Shown here: one piece after another, positions 37,801 to 46,398 of the stretch
Layout: each line of letters opens with the position of its first letter
Numbering within the stretch: position 1 is the first letter of the stretch
Translations under genes and position numbers: made by a program
The notes under the pieces: generated by a model
The model's database searches: none
What the model was told of the DNA's origin: nothing
The model's input: only the letters and a program-made list of their open reading frames with translations
Origin: a virus
Strand: one strand, 5' to 3'
Virus record (IMG/VR): IMGVR_UViG_3300044691_000591
Span: 1-64,000 of that record
Length of the DNA: 64,000 nucleotides

Positions 37801-39894
37801 GACGACCGTGAGCACACTGCCCACCAGTGTCATCAGCTGCTTGAACAGGTCGACCGCGACCTTGATGTCCGACCCCAGGGCGCCTCTGGAGAACAGGCCC
37901 GTCAGCTTTCCCGCAACCTTGTCCACCAGCGAGCCGACAGCACTGGTCAGCTTGTTGAACTCGGGCTGCGCGGCCACCGTGATCTGCCCGAACGCGGTGA
38001 CGACCTGGCCCGGGATCGCCATCAGCGGACGCAGCCCCGTCGCCGCACCGGCCAGGATCTGCTTCAGCTGCCCCGACTTCTCCAGATTCCCGAACGCGCT
38101 CAGGGCGTTTTTGCCCATCAGGTTCAGGTCCCCGGCCACGCCCATCAGGCCGGTGCGCAGCGTCGGCAGCACCGACCGGGCCAGCGATCCCACCCGGGTG
38201 CCGATCCCGGCCAGCAGCGTGTCCTGCACGCCAAGCTGCAGCCCGTGCCAGGCCGGCGCGAGCGCCACGATCTCGTTGACGAACGCGCGCGCGTTCGGCG
38301 ACAGCTGCGACATGGCCTTGGACAGCGCCGAGGTCTGCGCGGCGGCCGACTGCTGCGCCTGGGCCAGGGCCTCGGTGGCGTCCGCCACGTTCTGCTGGGC
38401 GTCGGCGATGCCCTGCTGCGCGTCCGCGACCTTCTGCTGCGCGTTGGCCAGGTTCTGGCCTGCGTCCGCGACCTTCTGCTGCGCGGCGGCCAGCGCCCCC
38501 TGCTTGTCGATGACAGTCTGGTTCGCGGAGGCGACGTTCTGCTGCGCGGTGGTCATCGCCGTCGTTCCGGCGATGCCCTTCTTGTTCGCCGCCGCCGTGT
38601 CGTTGGACAGTTCGGTGACCTGCTGGCGCTGCTCCAGCAACTGCTGCTGGGCCTGCGCGAACGTCAGCTGGGCCTGCTGGCGCTGGTCGATGGTGGACTT
38701 GGGGTTGGCCAGCACCGCGTTCAGGTTGGTCTGCGCGGCGGCGACGTTGAGGATGTCCTGCTGCTGGGAGAGCTTCGCGTCGGCGAGGCTGTTGTTCATC
38801 GACTCCAGCTCGCGCCGGCCCTGCTCGCGCGCGGAGGTCAGGGCCTGCTGGGCGGCCACTGCGGCCCGCTGCGCGTTCGCGAGGTCCTGCTCGGCGGTCT
38901 TCACACCGGTGACGGCCTGCGCCTGCTGGCGCTGCGCGGACGACACGCCCTGCGTGGCCTGCTGCAGCTGCTGCTGGGCCGTGGTGACCCCGCGGATCGC
39001 GGTGGCCACCGCCTTCTGCGCGGACTCGACGGCCTTGGCGGAGCTGGCGGCCTTGGTGGCGTCCGTGGTCGAGGTCGAGAAGGCGGCCTTGAACGCAGCA
39101 CCCAGACCGGTCGTGCCGATCTTGATGGCGGCCAGGGCCGAGCCGACCCCGGCGATGGCCGGGACTGCGAGGGCCGCGGCTGGTGCCATGGCGATCAGGG
39201 CCTGCCCCACCGAGGCCAGGGTCGGCACAGAGGTGATCGCAGTGACCTTGAGGGCGCTGAGGGCCCGGTCCATCAGACTGAGCGCCCGGTCGCTGTTGCC
39301 CGAGTCCACGCCGACGCTGATCGAGGTGCGCCGGTCGCGGGCCGCCCGGTCGATGGCCGCATCCGCGGTCGCTGTGCCGTGCTCGGACACGTCGATGACC
39401 ACGCTGCGGTTCTGCGCAAGGTTGTTCAGCGCGGTCCGGACCGACACCGTCGCTGCGTAGTCGAGCTCCGGGACGACCTTGATCGTGACCTTGTTCTTGA
39501 GCGCCACCCCCAACTGGTTCTTCAGCCGGGTGACGGACGCCTGGTCGAGCTCCAGGCCGACCTTCAGCGTCGTGCCCGCGATGGCCCCGACCTGGCTGCG
39601 GACCGAGGCAACGGACCCGGTGTCCAGCTGCACCTTGAGCTTGACGGTGCGGTCCGCGCCCAGCGCGTCCAGGCGCGTCTTCACCGCGGTGTCGCCGGTC
39701 AGCGACGTGGAGAACTTGACCTGCCGGTCGCCCGCCAGCAGGTCCAGCTTGGTCTTGATCGGAGCGGTCGGCGCCAGGTCCAGGCCGACCTTGACGACCG
39801 GCGTCAGCCTGCCCAGCTCCAGCTGCAACTGCGGCCCGAAGCTGCCGGTGTCCGGCATGACCTTGACCGACGTGGAACCAACCGTCGTAGGCAC
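34804..39894 (-). CDS. Tape measure protein with NlpC/P60 and lytic transglycosylase domains
   Basis: 1696 aa; helical repeats; YLWGG..GFDCSGL...PGDLVFF..HHVG; RESGWN..ATNPTSGAYGIPQALP. Confidence 0.95.
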   Translation of the reverse strand: MPTTVGSTSVKVMPDTGSFGPQLQLELGRLTPVVKVGLDLAPTAPIKTKLDLLAGDRQVKFSTSLTGDTAVKTRLDALGADRTVKLKVQLDTGSVASVRSQVGAIAGTTLKVGLELDQASVTRLKNQLGVALKNKVTIKVVPELDYAATVSVRTALNNLAQNRSVVIDVSEHGTATADAAIDRAARDRRTSISVGVDSGNSDRALSLMDRALSALKVTAITSVPTLASVGQALIAMAPAAALAVPAIAGVGSALAAIKIGTTGLGAAFKAAFSTSTTDATKAASSAKAVESAQKAVATAIRGVTTAQQQLQQATQGVSSAQRQQAQAVTGVKTAEQDLANAQRAAVAAQQALTSAREQGRRELESMNNSLADAKLSQQQDILNVAAAQTNLNAVLANPKSTIDQRQQAQLTFAQAQQQLLEQRQQVTELSNDTAAANKKGIAGTTAMTTAQQNVASANQTVIDKQGALAAAQQKVADAGQNLANAQQKVADAQQGIADAQQNVADATEALAQAQQSAAAQTSALSKAMSQLSPNARAFVNEIVALAPAWHGLQLGVQDTLLAGIGTRVGSLARSVLPTLRTGLMGVAGDLNLMGKNALSAFGNLEKSGQLKQILAGAATGLRPLMAIPGQVVTAFGQITVAAQPEFNKLTSAVGSLVDKVAGKLTGLFSRGALGSDIKVAVDLFKQLMTLVGSVLTVVKNVLSAASTAGTGVLGVLGQTVAEIAKISAMPAVQAALKQIFGALAALGKGIAGVFGSLIQAALPLLAALAPAVTAVAVALGPVLKQLAVALGGALLPLIKGLAPVLQTVLLGAVQVVSALTPLLAPISALLTAIVKALAPVVTAVVSVIVQLVAALVGPLTSVINTLIPVVNLVGSLIAGMLAALMPVLKPLLAVVSAIAGVFATIFAAAVRALLPILMSLIPLVTGIVTLLAQLLIAVLTPLAPVLTMIGNIFGLLIGTALKIIAPVLTLIVGTFVRLLPALMPLVPVIGLLMTAVLGLLTPLLNLLMVVLTPLITVVAAVAGVLVKVLAAAINFLIPIIVKVITWITRFVTMIVNAVTSIITWFTHLFDILLGHSIIPDIVNGIVSWFTTLWHHVESIFSTIVGVVETLWGGLWSGIKTVAAAAWGAVKTGFNTFATVFQGAFKLLRDGIGLIWGGVKALFSAPIKFLVQTVYDQGIRTVWNATAGKIGLGNLPNVALPKGFASGGIMPGYTPGRDVHLVPSVSGPVALSGGEAIMRPEWTRAVGPDYVHTMNAAARTGGVQAIRDALGLQGFDGGGIFSGIAGAASSLAGDVGHVVSKGVDWARQGIADLAEAAFKPVRSIIDAALGGNAPGSWGDSARLLPETTITKAIAFIRGKEATSAGGAGLSALHVAEGFKGVQYLWGGESPTGFDCSGLMQYAYQNGPHIAIPRTSQVQQSFTNPVSAAAAQPGDLVFFGQPAHHVGMYVKPGTMLDAPHTGTVVREEGLGAYTSIGRVPGIAQLSGPGLATGAAPVVAQAAAQAMLPQFGWGMDQWPALQQLWTRESGWNYRATNPTSGAYGIPQALPPSKMATAGLDWLTNPSTQEKWGLGYILSRYGSPANAWAHELQLGWYADGGFPQIGGLSVVGERGPELIRTGGPSQVYPSDVSARMARQMAGLVSGTAAAPGAAHSATTVTNGGPRTLEYHATTREVASRQSVLDALAHEELLHRSVVGG

Positions 39895-39912
39895 TGCGAC
39901 CTCCCTTCCCGA

Positions 39913-40419
39913 TCAGACGGACTGCTGCTCCAGGGCCGCGATCCGGGCCCGCCACTCCTCCACGCCCACCGGCTCCGCAACCGGGGCACTCGCCGGGCTG
40001 AGACTGTCCAGCACCGCCCGCACCCTGGCCGCCTTCGCCGACCTCGCCGCCGCCACCTCCTCGTCCTCGACCAGATGAGGAGGATCAGCCGCCTTCAGAT
40101 CCGGCGGCGCGCCCTTGAACTGCCAGCCCGTCCACGCCAGACGGACCAGCAGAATCAGGGCGTTGTACTGCGCCGCCTGCAGGTAGGTGGCCTGTGACCA
40201 GCGACGACCCTCGACGTCGCCGGCCACAGCCGCCTTGGTGGCCGAGTCCTCAGGGAGGGCGTCGACCAGGTCCCGCAGCTCCGCCCACGACATGGAGCCC
40301 TCGCCCCACGACAGCGCCCAGAACTCGTCCAGGCGCCGCCCCGGGTAGTAGCGCTGAATATCGGCGCGCACATGGCCGGCGTGCTCCTGAAGGAGGCTCA
40401 GGAGCCGGAGCCTTCCCCC
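39913..40419 (-). CDS. Tail assembly chaperone, frameshifted (GT) extension
   Basis: -1 frame open from the slippery site: RLRLLSLLQEHAGHVRADIQRYY...LPEDSAT. Confidence 0.8.
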   Translation of the reverse strand, partial: GGRLRLLSLLQEHAGHVRADIQRYYPGRRLDEFWALSWGEGSMSWAELRDLVDALPEDSATKAAVAGDVEGRRWSQATYLQAAQYNALILLVRLAWTGWQFKGAPPDLKAADPPHLVEDEEVAAARSAKAARVRAVLDSLSPASAPVAEPVGVEEWRARIAALEQQSV

Positions 40420-40742
40420 GCCGTGGTGCCCGCCTCCCCGTCCAACTCGCCGATGATCTCCTTGAGCTCGCCGACGGTGAGCTTCATCTCCCGCACCAGC
40501 ACGTCGAACTCCTCGGGCGGGCTGGCGATCTCGCGCAGGATGGCGATGTTCGCGTCGCCGCCCTTGGCCTGCACCTCCTCGATGAGTTCGATCGGCCACA
40601 GGTCCTGTGCCAGAAACGAGCACGTGTGCTCCTTGCCGTCGGCGGTCTCGAAGTCCAGGTCGAGGTGCGTGACCTTGGCGGCTGCGGTCTGCTGGGCGCG
40701 CATCTCGGACAGGCGCATGCGCTTGCGGTTGGGCTTGGACAT
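40398..40742 (-). CDS. Tail assembly chaperone (G)
   Basis: 114 aa between major tail and tape measure genes. Confidence 0.85.
   Translation of the reverse strand: MSKPNRKRMRLSEMRAQQTAAAKVTHLDLDFETADGKEHTCSFLAQDLWPIELIEEVQAKGGDANIAILREIASPPEEFDVLVREMKLTVGELKEIIGELDGEAGTTAGEGSGS
40413..40419 (-). other. Programmed -1 frameshift site GGGGGAA
   Basis: G GGG GAA near the end of the chaperone G gene; -1 shift enters the ORF ending at 39913. Confidence 0.75.
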
Positions 40743-40841
40743 GACTGCGGTTCCTCATCCGGCGGGGACTGGGCGGGGTGTGGTGGCCGGTGCGCCCGCC
40801 CCCGCCCGGAAGGGGCACACCGGCCACGATCAGGGGGCGGG

Positions 40842-41411
40842 TCAGGACAGGGTGATGCCGTTGCTGTACCGGTTCACGCTCTTGCCGCCGGACGGGTTGG
40901 TCAGGGCCGTGAACGTCATCTCCATGGACGCGGCGTCGTTGGCGTTGAACTTGCGGTCGCCGCGGTTGGTGACGTCCGCACGCGCGATCATGATCCGCTC
41001 GATCTTGTTGTCCATGACGACGTCCAGGCCCAGGGCCGTGGTGTAGGCCGTGGTCGTCGAGGCGGAGCCGAAGGCCACGAAGGCGCCCGTACCGGCCCCG
41101 GAGGCGTTCATGTCGGAGGCCTTGACCGCGTAGTAGAGCTGCAGGGTTGCGGCCGTGGTCTCCAGGAACGTCATCTTGAACGTCTGCTGGCGGTTCTTCA
41201 CCCGGGTGATGACCGGCGAGTTCTCGCCCCAGGCGTCGATCTCGGTGCGGTTCTCGCCCAGGCTCTCGTCCAGGCCGTCGGTGGAGATGTAGCCCAGGTC
41301 CACCCACGGGGTCGCCCACGCCGTGAAGGGGTCGGCGGGGAAGGCGGTGCCGACGACGGCCATGTAGGCCTTGCCGGTGACACCGATGATCACATTGTCC
41401 GCTGTGCCCAC
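40842..41411 (-). CDS. Major tail protein
   Basis: DLGYISTDG, IDAWG, FKMTFLET. Confidence 0.9.
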   Translation of the reverse strand: MGTADNVIIGVTGKAYMAVVGTAFPADPFTAWATPWVDLGYISTDGLDESLGENRTEIDAWGENSPVITRVKNRQQTFKMTFLETTAATLQLYYAVKASDMNASGAGTGAFVAFGSASTTTAYTTALGLDVVMDNKIERIMIARADVTNRGDRKFNANDAASMEMTFTALTNPSGGKSVNRYSNGITLS

Positions 41412-41421
41412 GAGGGCCTCC

Positions 41422-41853
41422 TCAAGATCCGGCTCGGGGCGGGCGCACGCTCATGCCTGCGATCCAGCCAAAGCGGGTGATATTGGTGTTCGGCTCCTCC
41501 GGTCGGGCCGTGGGCCCGACTTCCTCCCACGCCCTGCTGACCGATCCCTGCGGTGTCGAGGCCCCCGCCATCGACATCCACGCGGCCCGCACGCGCGCCA
41601 CCAACTCCTTGCACTGCGCCCGGCTCGCGGCGTAGCAGTCCACCGACAGGCGCGGGTTGTCCCGCAGCACGTCGCCGCCCCACGCCGCGATGTCCGGCAG
41701 GCCGCCGGCCCGCAGCACCCGCACCACCGGCAGCGCCGCAGTGAACGCGGATCCGTCCGGCAGGTCGGTGCACACCGTCACGCCGTCCAGCGCCGCCGTC
41801 AGGAGGGCGACGGCCATCAACTCCTCGTCGGGCAGCAGCACACCCCCTGCCAT
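41422..41853 (-). CDS. Tail terminator
   Basis: LPVVRVLRAGG...RLSVDCYA; position. Confidence 0.8.
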   Translation of the reverse strand: MAGGVLLPDEELMAVALLTAALDGVTVCTDLPDGSAFTAALPVVRVLRAGGLPDIAAWGGDVLRDNPRLSVDCYAASRAQCKELVARVRAAWMSMAGASTPQGSVSRAWEEVGPTARPEEPNTNITRFGWIAGMSVRPPRAGS

Positions 41854-42170
41854 CAGGAATCGCCCCCGGCCGCATCCAGGGCCCGCGTCAGGGTGAAACG
41901 GGCCGGATGGATCGAGCGGCCGTGCCGGTCGGTCTGCCGCGTGCCGTGCTCCACATAGATCGCGTAGTGCACGTCCGCGGTGACCGTGCGGGCCCCGTCG
42001 GCGTCGTACTGCGGCTCCTGGTGGATCGACGCCCGGTACGCGCCGGTCAGTACCGGGGCGGTGGATTTCGCCGCCTGCACCACCATGTCCGTGCGCCGCT
42101 GCAGATCCCGCTGCACATCCGGATCCACCACGAGGCGGTTGATCGCGGCCTGGTCCAGGGTCACGTCCAT
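41853..42170 (-). CDS. HK97 gp10-like neck protein
   Basis: AKSTAPVLTGAYRASI, YAIYVEHGT. Confidence 0.87.
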   Translation of the reverse strand: MDVTLDQAAINRLVVDPDVQRDLQRRTDMVVQAAKSTAPVLTGAYRASIHQEPQYDADGARTVTADVHYAIYVEHGTRQTDRHGRSIHPARFTLTRALDAAGGDS

Positions 42171-42499
42171 CAGCCCTGCACCTCCTTCAGGACCACCGAG
42201 AGATGCGCCAGCGGACCGCCCCGGTAGATGTCGGGGCGCCCGTCGACCTCCCACGTGCGGTCCAGCCACTGGATGCGCGAGAACTCGCCGACCGGCGAAT
42301 TGGCGGGCATGATCGCCCGCATGGTCGTCGTGGTCTGGTCGTTGGCCGTCGTGTTCTCCTGGCCGGACAGCGGATCGACCGTTACCCGGCCGATGACCGT
42401 GGCGACCGCCGCATCCCAGTCCCGGACCTGATTGCCGTACCCGTCCTTGGACAGGGGCGCGTTCAGGACCGTGACCCGCTCGTTTCCGATGACCGGCAC
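42170..42499 (-). CDS. Head-to-tail stopper
   Basis: DGYGN...DW, WEVDG.P. Confidence 0.8.
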   Translation of the reverse strand: MPVIGNERVTVLNAPLSKDGYGNQVRDWDAAVATVIGRVTVDPLSGQENTTANDQTTTTMRAIMPANSPVGEFSRIQWLDRTWEVDGRPDIYRGGPLAHLSVVLKEVQG

Positions 42500-42505
42500 G
42501 CGCCA

Positions 42506-42898
42506 TCACCCGAACGTCACAGGGAAGGGATGCAGCAGGCCGGAGGTGCGCAGGGCCTGCGCCGCCCTCGGCCCCAACTGCGGGGTCGTGGCAGCCGCAT
42601 TGGCCCCGGTGCGGCGCGTGACGGACCGCGACCCGGTCGTCATCGACTGCACGTCCGAGGTCGCCCCCGTCTCGTCGTCGCGGTCCATCAGCCAGTGCAC
42701 CTGCCGCTCGCACGCCTTGCGCAGCGCCGTCTGGACCGCCGCATCCGTCGGCATCCCGCTGTCGTCGGTGGCGTAGCGCGCACCGACGAGCACGCCGTCC
42801 AGGTCGTCCGACGCCTCCTCCAGGAGGCGCGACACGTCCAGGGGCAGCGGCAGGGAGCCGAGGAATGCGGTGAGGTCGTCGACGGACGCGTATGGCAC
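42506..42898 (-). CDS. Head-to-tail adaptor
   Basis: YASVDDL, LLEEASDDLD, AC.RQV..L; GTG 42898. Confidence 0.8.
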   Translation of the reverse strand: MPYASVDDLTAFLGSLPLPLDVSRLLEEASDDLDGVLVGARYATDDSGMPTDAAVQTALRKACERQVHWLMDRDDETGATSDVQSMTTGSRSVTRRTGANAAATTPQLGPRAAQALRTSGLLHPFPVTFG

Positions 42899-42900
42899 GG

Positions 42901-43242
42901 CTACACGACCCCCGCGCTGTCCAGGTCCTCGGTGCCGTCCTGGTCGGCCCACAGCAGCAGGGCCTTCTTGGACATGCCCTCGGCCTCGTACTTCGCCAGG
43001 CCCTGGGTGATGGCCCAGTCGCGCCACTGGCCGACGGAGGCGCTGGCTGCCGGACGCCCGTGGACGACCTCGCCCTTGGCGTCGGCCTCCAGTTCGGTGT
43101 CGTCGGCCCGGCGCAGCGCGCCCTTGGCGAGCTGCTTGGCCATCAGCGGATCCGCGGGAGTCCCGGGCCGGGACTCGTCGAGGTGCAGCACAATGCCGCC
43201 CTCGCCGACGTAGGTGCCCACCTGGGCGGAGGTGTCGGTCAT
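42901..43242 (-). CDS. Hypothetical head-associated protein
   Basis: C-terminal RP..SAS..QWRDWA...MSKKAL helical motif. Confidence 0.7.
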   Translation of the reverse strand: MTDTSAQVGTYVGEGGIVLHLDESRPGTPADPLMAKQLAKGALRRADDTELEADAKGEVVHGRPAASASVGQWRDWAITQGLAKYEAEGMSKKALLLWADQDGTEDLDSAGVV

Positions 43243-43243
43243 G

Positions 43244-43633
43244 TCAGGTGTACCTCGGGTACTTGAGGGCCTTGATCGACCCGGTGAACCCGGTCGCGAA
43301 GTCGATGCTGACCGAGCCGTCGGCCTGCAGGATCCGCGCCGAGGCGAACGGCCCCAGCCAGGAGGTGCCCGGTGCGGCAGCGACCGGCAGGACCAGGTCG
43401 CCGGCGCCGCCCTGGAAGCGGTTGCCCGCCCGCAGGGTCACGGTCAGGGCGCCGGCGGTGGTGTTGGACACGAGCAGGATCAGGTGCTCGGGGGAGACGC
43501 CGGGGGCGATGGTGGCGCCGTTGGTCACCAGAGTGGAGTCGATGGTGGTGCCGAGCGCGGAGCCGCCCGATGTGGCGTCGGACAGGTTGCTGTTCGGGGC
43601 GAGGGCGCTGGGCACGATTGCGGTACGAGACAT
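43244..43633 (-). CDS. Probable capsid decoration protein
   Basis: 129 aa beta-rich, directly after the capsid gene. Confidence 0.7.
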   Translation of the reverse strand: MSRTAIVPSALAPNSNLSDATSGGSALGTTIDSTLVTNGATIAPGVSPEHLILLVSNTTAGALTVTLRAGNRFQGGAGDLVLPVAAAPGTSWLGPFASARILQADGSVSIDFATGFTGSIKALKYPRYT

Positions 43634-43651
43634 GGCAGTGGTCCCTTCGGC

Positions 43652-44512
43652 TCAGGCGGCCGGGTCGATGACGGCGACGGCGAGGCCGGTGGGGCGCACG
43701 AGCTTGCCGCCGTAGACGTGCAGTCCGCGCACGGCGTCGGCGAACGTGGTCTGGAGGCGCAGGGCCTCGGTCTCCACGATCTGCTCGGCGTAGGACAGCG
43801 CCCCCGGGTACCCGGCGATGACCGCCTGGTAGTCGCTGGACGGGTTCGGGGTGTTGTTGGATTCGAGGATGTCGAACCCGGCGGCCCTGCCGACCATGCC
43901 GTTGCGCAGACCGGTGTCGGTCCCGGCCTCGTTGGCGCGGATGAAGCGCGGGTCCAGCAGCAGGGAGCCCATGAACTCGGGGGACACGACGCAGTACCGG
44001 CCCTGGGAGGGCACGTTGCTCTTGGTCAGGCGGGTGCGCAGCGGCACCAGGACCTTGTCGTAGGCGTCGGTGACCGTGGTGTACGTGTTGATCGGCGAAC
44101 CGGTCGACCCGATCTGGTTCGCGGCGGCCACGCCGGTCCACATCGAGGCCACGAACTGGTCGGCCTTGTCCGCCAGGACGTAGGCCGAGTTCTGCATGAC
44201 CTGCACCATCGGGTCCCCGAGGGCCTGGGCGCGGTCGATGTCGTCCAACTTCTGCGCCCACGACTTGCCCTGGTCGATGTGCAGGGTCGTCCCGGCGTCG
44301 GACACGTCCTCGTAGGTCAGGACGGAGCCGTTGGTGTAGTCGGTGACCGTCGGGTTGCCGATCCCGGAGATGTGGACGGTGTCGCCGCGCTGGGCGATCT
44401 CACCCTCGTAGTCGCGGTTCACGATGGTGGGCTGCGCATAGATCAGGGTCTTGCGGAGCTCCACCAGGAGCATCGCGGACCACACTTCCGGCTTGAACGC
44501 CAGAATGGACAT
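43652..44512 (-). CDS. Major capsid protein (P22 coat-like family)
   Basis: FKPEVWS, VNRDYEGEI..GDTVHI, GRAAGFDILESNN, FADAVRGLHVYGGKLVRP. Confidence 0.95.
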   Translation of the reverse strand: MSILAFKPEVWSAMLLVELRKTLIYAQPTIVNRDYEGEIAQRGDTVHISGIGNPTVTDYTNGSVLTYEDVSDAGTTLHIDQGKSWAQKLDDIDRAQALGDPMVQVMQNSAYVLADKADQFVASMWTGVAAANQIGSTGSPINTYTTVTDAYDKVLVPLRTRLTKSNVPSQGRYCVVSPEFMGSLLLDPRFIRANEAGTDTGLRNGMVGRAAGFDILESNNTPNPSSDYQAVIAGYPGALSYAEQIVETEALRLQTTFADAVRGLHVYGGKLVRPTGLAVAVIDPAA

Positions 44513-44520
44513 TCAGGTTC

Positions 44521-45312
44521 CTATCCGGCACCGGAGAGGTAGTCGCGGAGCTGACCACTCTTGCGGGCCTGATCGATCTGGTCGGGGGTCATTCGCTTCA
44601 CCTCCGCCCCTGTGAGCTGCCTCTTTCCGCCTGGCGTCCCGTTGAGGTCAGCCCCTCCGCGCGCCGGTGGCTGTGGGGCCTCGGGCTGCTTGAGGGCGAG
44701 CTTCGGATTGCCTTCGACCGCCTTGGCGACTGCCGCCGCGACGTCGTCCGCAAAGGTGCTCGCGGCCGGGTCGAGGTCCCGGATGGAGCGCAGGAAGCTG
44801 CGCGAGTCCAGGAGTGCGTCCGCGTCCCCGCCGGCACTGCCGGCAGATCGGTACACGGCGAGCTCGACGTCGCGCTGGCGGGCCAGGGCCTGCGTCTTCT
44901 CGGTCTCCGTGCGCGCGTCGGCGAGCTGCTTGGTCAGTTCCTCCACTGACGGCGGCTTCGCCTCCTCGCCCTGGAGCCCGAATGCGGCGGCGAGCTTCTT
45001 GACCAGGTCGGCCTGCTGCTGAGCGGCCTGCTCAGTCGCGGACTTCTCTGCGGCGGTGCGCTTCTCGCGCTCGGTGGCGACCTCGCCTCGGAGGTTCTCG
45101 ACCAGGCGCTCGAACTTGGCGGGGTCGAACTCGCCCTCGAACTTGGGGGCCTTGCCCTGCGGTTCGGCGGCGGGTGCGTCGGCGGCGGGTGCCGCAGGCG
45201 CTGGCGATGCAGGTGCGGGAGGTGCTGCCGGTGCCGGGTTGGCGTCGGCGGCGGGGGTGACCGGCGGGGCGTCGCCAGAAGGCGCAGCGGTGCCGGGGGC
45301 GGGAGTGGTCAT
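44521..45312 (-). CDS. Scaffolding protein
   Basis: Pro/Ala-rich N-term, coiled coil, ALLDSRSF; RBS GGAGG before ATG 45312. Confidence 0.88.
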   Translation of the reverse strand: MTTPAPGTAAPSGDAPPVTPAADANPAPAAPPAPASPAPAAPAADAPAAEPQGKAPKFEGEFDPAKFERLVENLRGEVATEREKRTAAEKSATEQAAQQQADLVKKLAAAFGLQGEEAKPPSVEELTKQLADARTETEKTQALARQRDVELAVYRSAGSAGGDADALLDSRSFLRSIRDLDPAASTFADDVAAAVAKAVEGNPKLALKQPEAPQPPARGGADLNGTPGGKRQLTGAEVKRMTPDQIDQARKSGQLRDYLSGAG

Positions 45313-45333
45313 GTGGGATTCCTCCAAAGAGAC

Positions 45334-45388
45334 CGGCATCGCCTTGGGTGCCGTGTACGCGCAGAGACCGCCCTTGACGGCCGCGTAC
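45334..45388 (-). promoter_or_regulatory. Two CAAGG-loop hairpins in the scaffold leader
   Basis: GUACGCG-GCCGU-CAAGG-GCGGU-..-CGCGUAC and CGGCA-CCCAAGGCGA-UGCCG. Confidence 0.5.
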
Positions 45389-45469
45389 TGAGAAGGATCA
45401 TATATCCCAAGTGGCCAAGAAGCGCCACACTACTTGTACAGTTCCTACAAAAAGGCTGGAGGTGTGATC

Positions 45470-46354
45470 GTGGCGCTCCCCACAGCGACCCTCGGCGACA
45501 TCGCCCAGCGGCAGACCACCGCCCTGGCCGAACACACCCACGCCGCCAACTACACCGCCACTGCCCCGCTCACCTACGCCCTCCAGGCGGCGCAGACCGC
45601 AGCCACCCACGACTGGATCCGCACCACCGGCGGCCTGCACACGCCACCAACACCCGCCCAAGCCAAGGCCCTCGCCGCCTGCACCCGCGCCCGCGTCACC
45701 GCCGCCATGACCGGACAGGCCGCCCACGCCCAGCGCATCGCCACCGCAGCCGCCCACACCGCAGGCCAACTCGGCACCCAGCAAGCCACCGCCTTCGCCC
45801 GCCACGCCGGATTCACCGCACCGGCTGCCGAAGCCCCACCCCTCGCCGACGACGTCACCGTCGGAATCGACCAACTCCCGCACGGCATCAAGCAGGACCA
45901 CGACGCCGCCATCGCCATGCTCACCGCCGCAACCCTGACCGCCCTCGGCCTCGCCGCGATCACCGCGGCCGTCAACCGGGCCAAACGCGCAGCCGGCCGC
46001 ATCCGGGCCACCATCGGATGGTCCGTCACCCAGCAGGTCGCAGCCGGCGTCACCGCCGTGGCGCGAGCCATCGGGCGCGTGCTCGCGGGCGACGGCGTGA
46101 TGGTCATGTGGGTGGCCGAACCCGGCGCCTGCCCCGCCTGCCAGGGCTACGCCGGACACTCCGTCAAACCCGGACGCCTCTTCCCCGGCGGCCTGTCCAC
46201 GGACCCGGCGAAGGTCTCCTACCCCGGCGCGATCAACGGCCCCCCGCGGCACATCAACTGCCGCTGCACCACCATCCCCTGGCACCCGGACTGGCAGGAC
46301 CCCACACAGCCACCCATGGCCAGCGTCCTGCAGGACCGCGCCACCCGCCCCTGA
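45470..46354 (+). CDS. MuF-like minor head protein
   Basis: ACPACQGYAG...PPRHINCRC; RBS GGAGGTG. Confidence 0.8.
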   Translation: MALPTATLGDIAQRQTTALAEHTHAANYTATAPLTYALQAAQTAATHDWIRTTGGLHTPPTPAQAKALAACTRARVTAAMTGQAAHAQRIATAAAHTAGQLGTQQATAFARHAGFTAPAAEAPPLADDVTVGIDQLPHGIKQDHDAAIAMLTAATLTALGLAAITAAVNRAKRAAGRIRATIGWSVTQQVAAGVTAVARAIGRVLAGDGVMVMWVAEPGACPACQGYAGHSVKPGRLFPGGLSTDPAKVSYPGAINGPPRHINCRCTTIPWHPDWQDPTQPPMASVLQDRATRP

Positions 46355-46398
46355 TCATGACCAGTCGAGACGCCCCGCGCGGGCGCGAAGGAGAACCG

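Noticed and set aside
38330-39060. QQKVADA-type repeats in the tape measure gene
   Set aside because: Ordinary coiled-coil heptads of tape measure proteins
35137-40197. 1686-aa plus-strand ORF, 1843-aa alternative-frame ORF (34424-39955) and many similar long overlapping ORFs
   Set aside because: Shadow frames of genuine high-GC genes (here the tape measure); R/G/P-rich with no motifs
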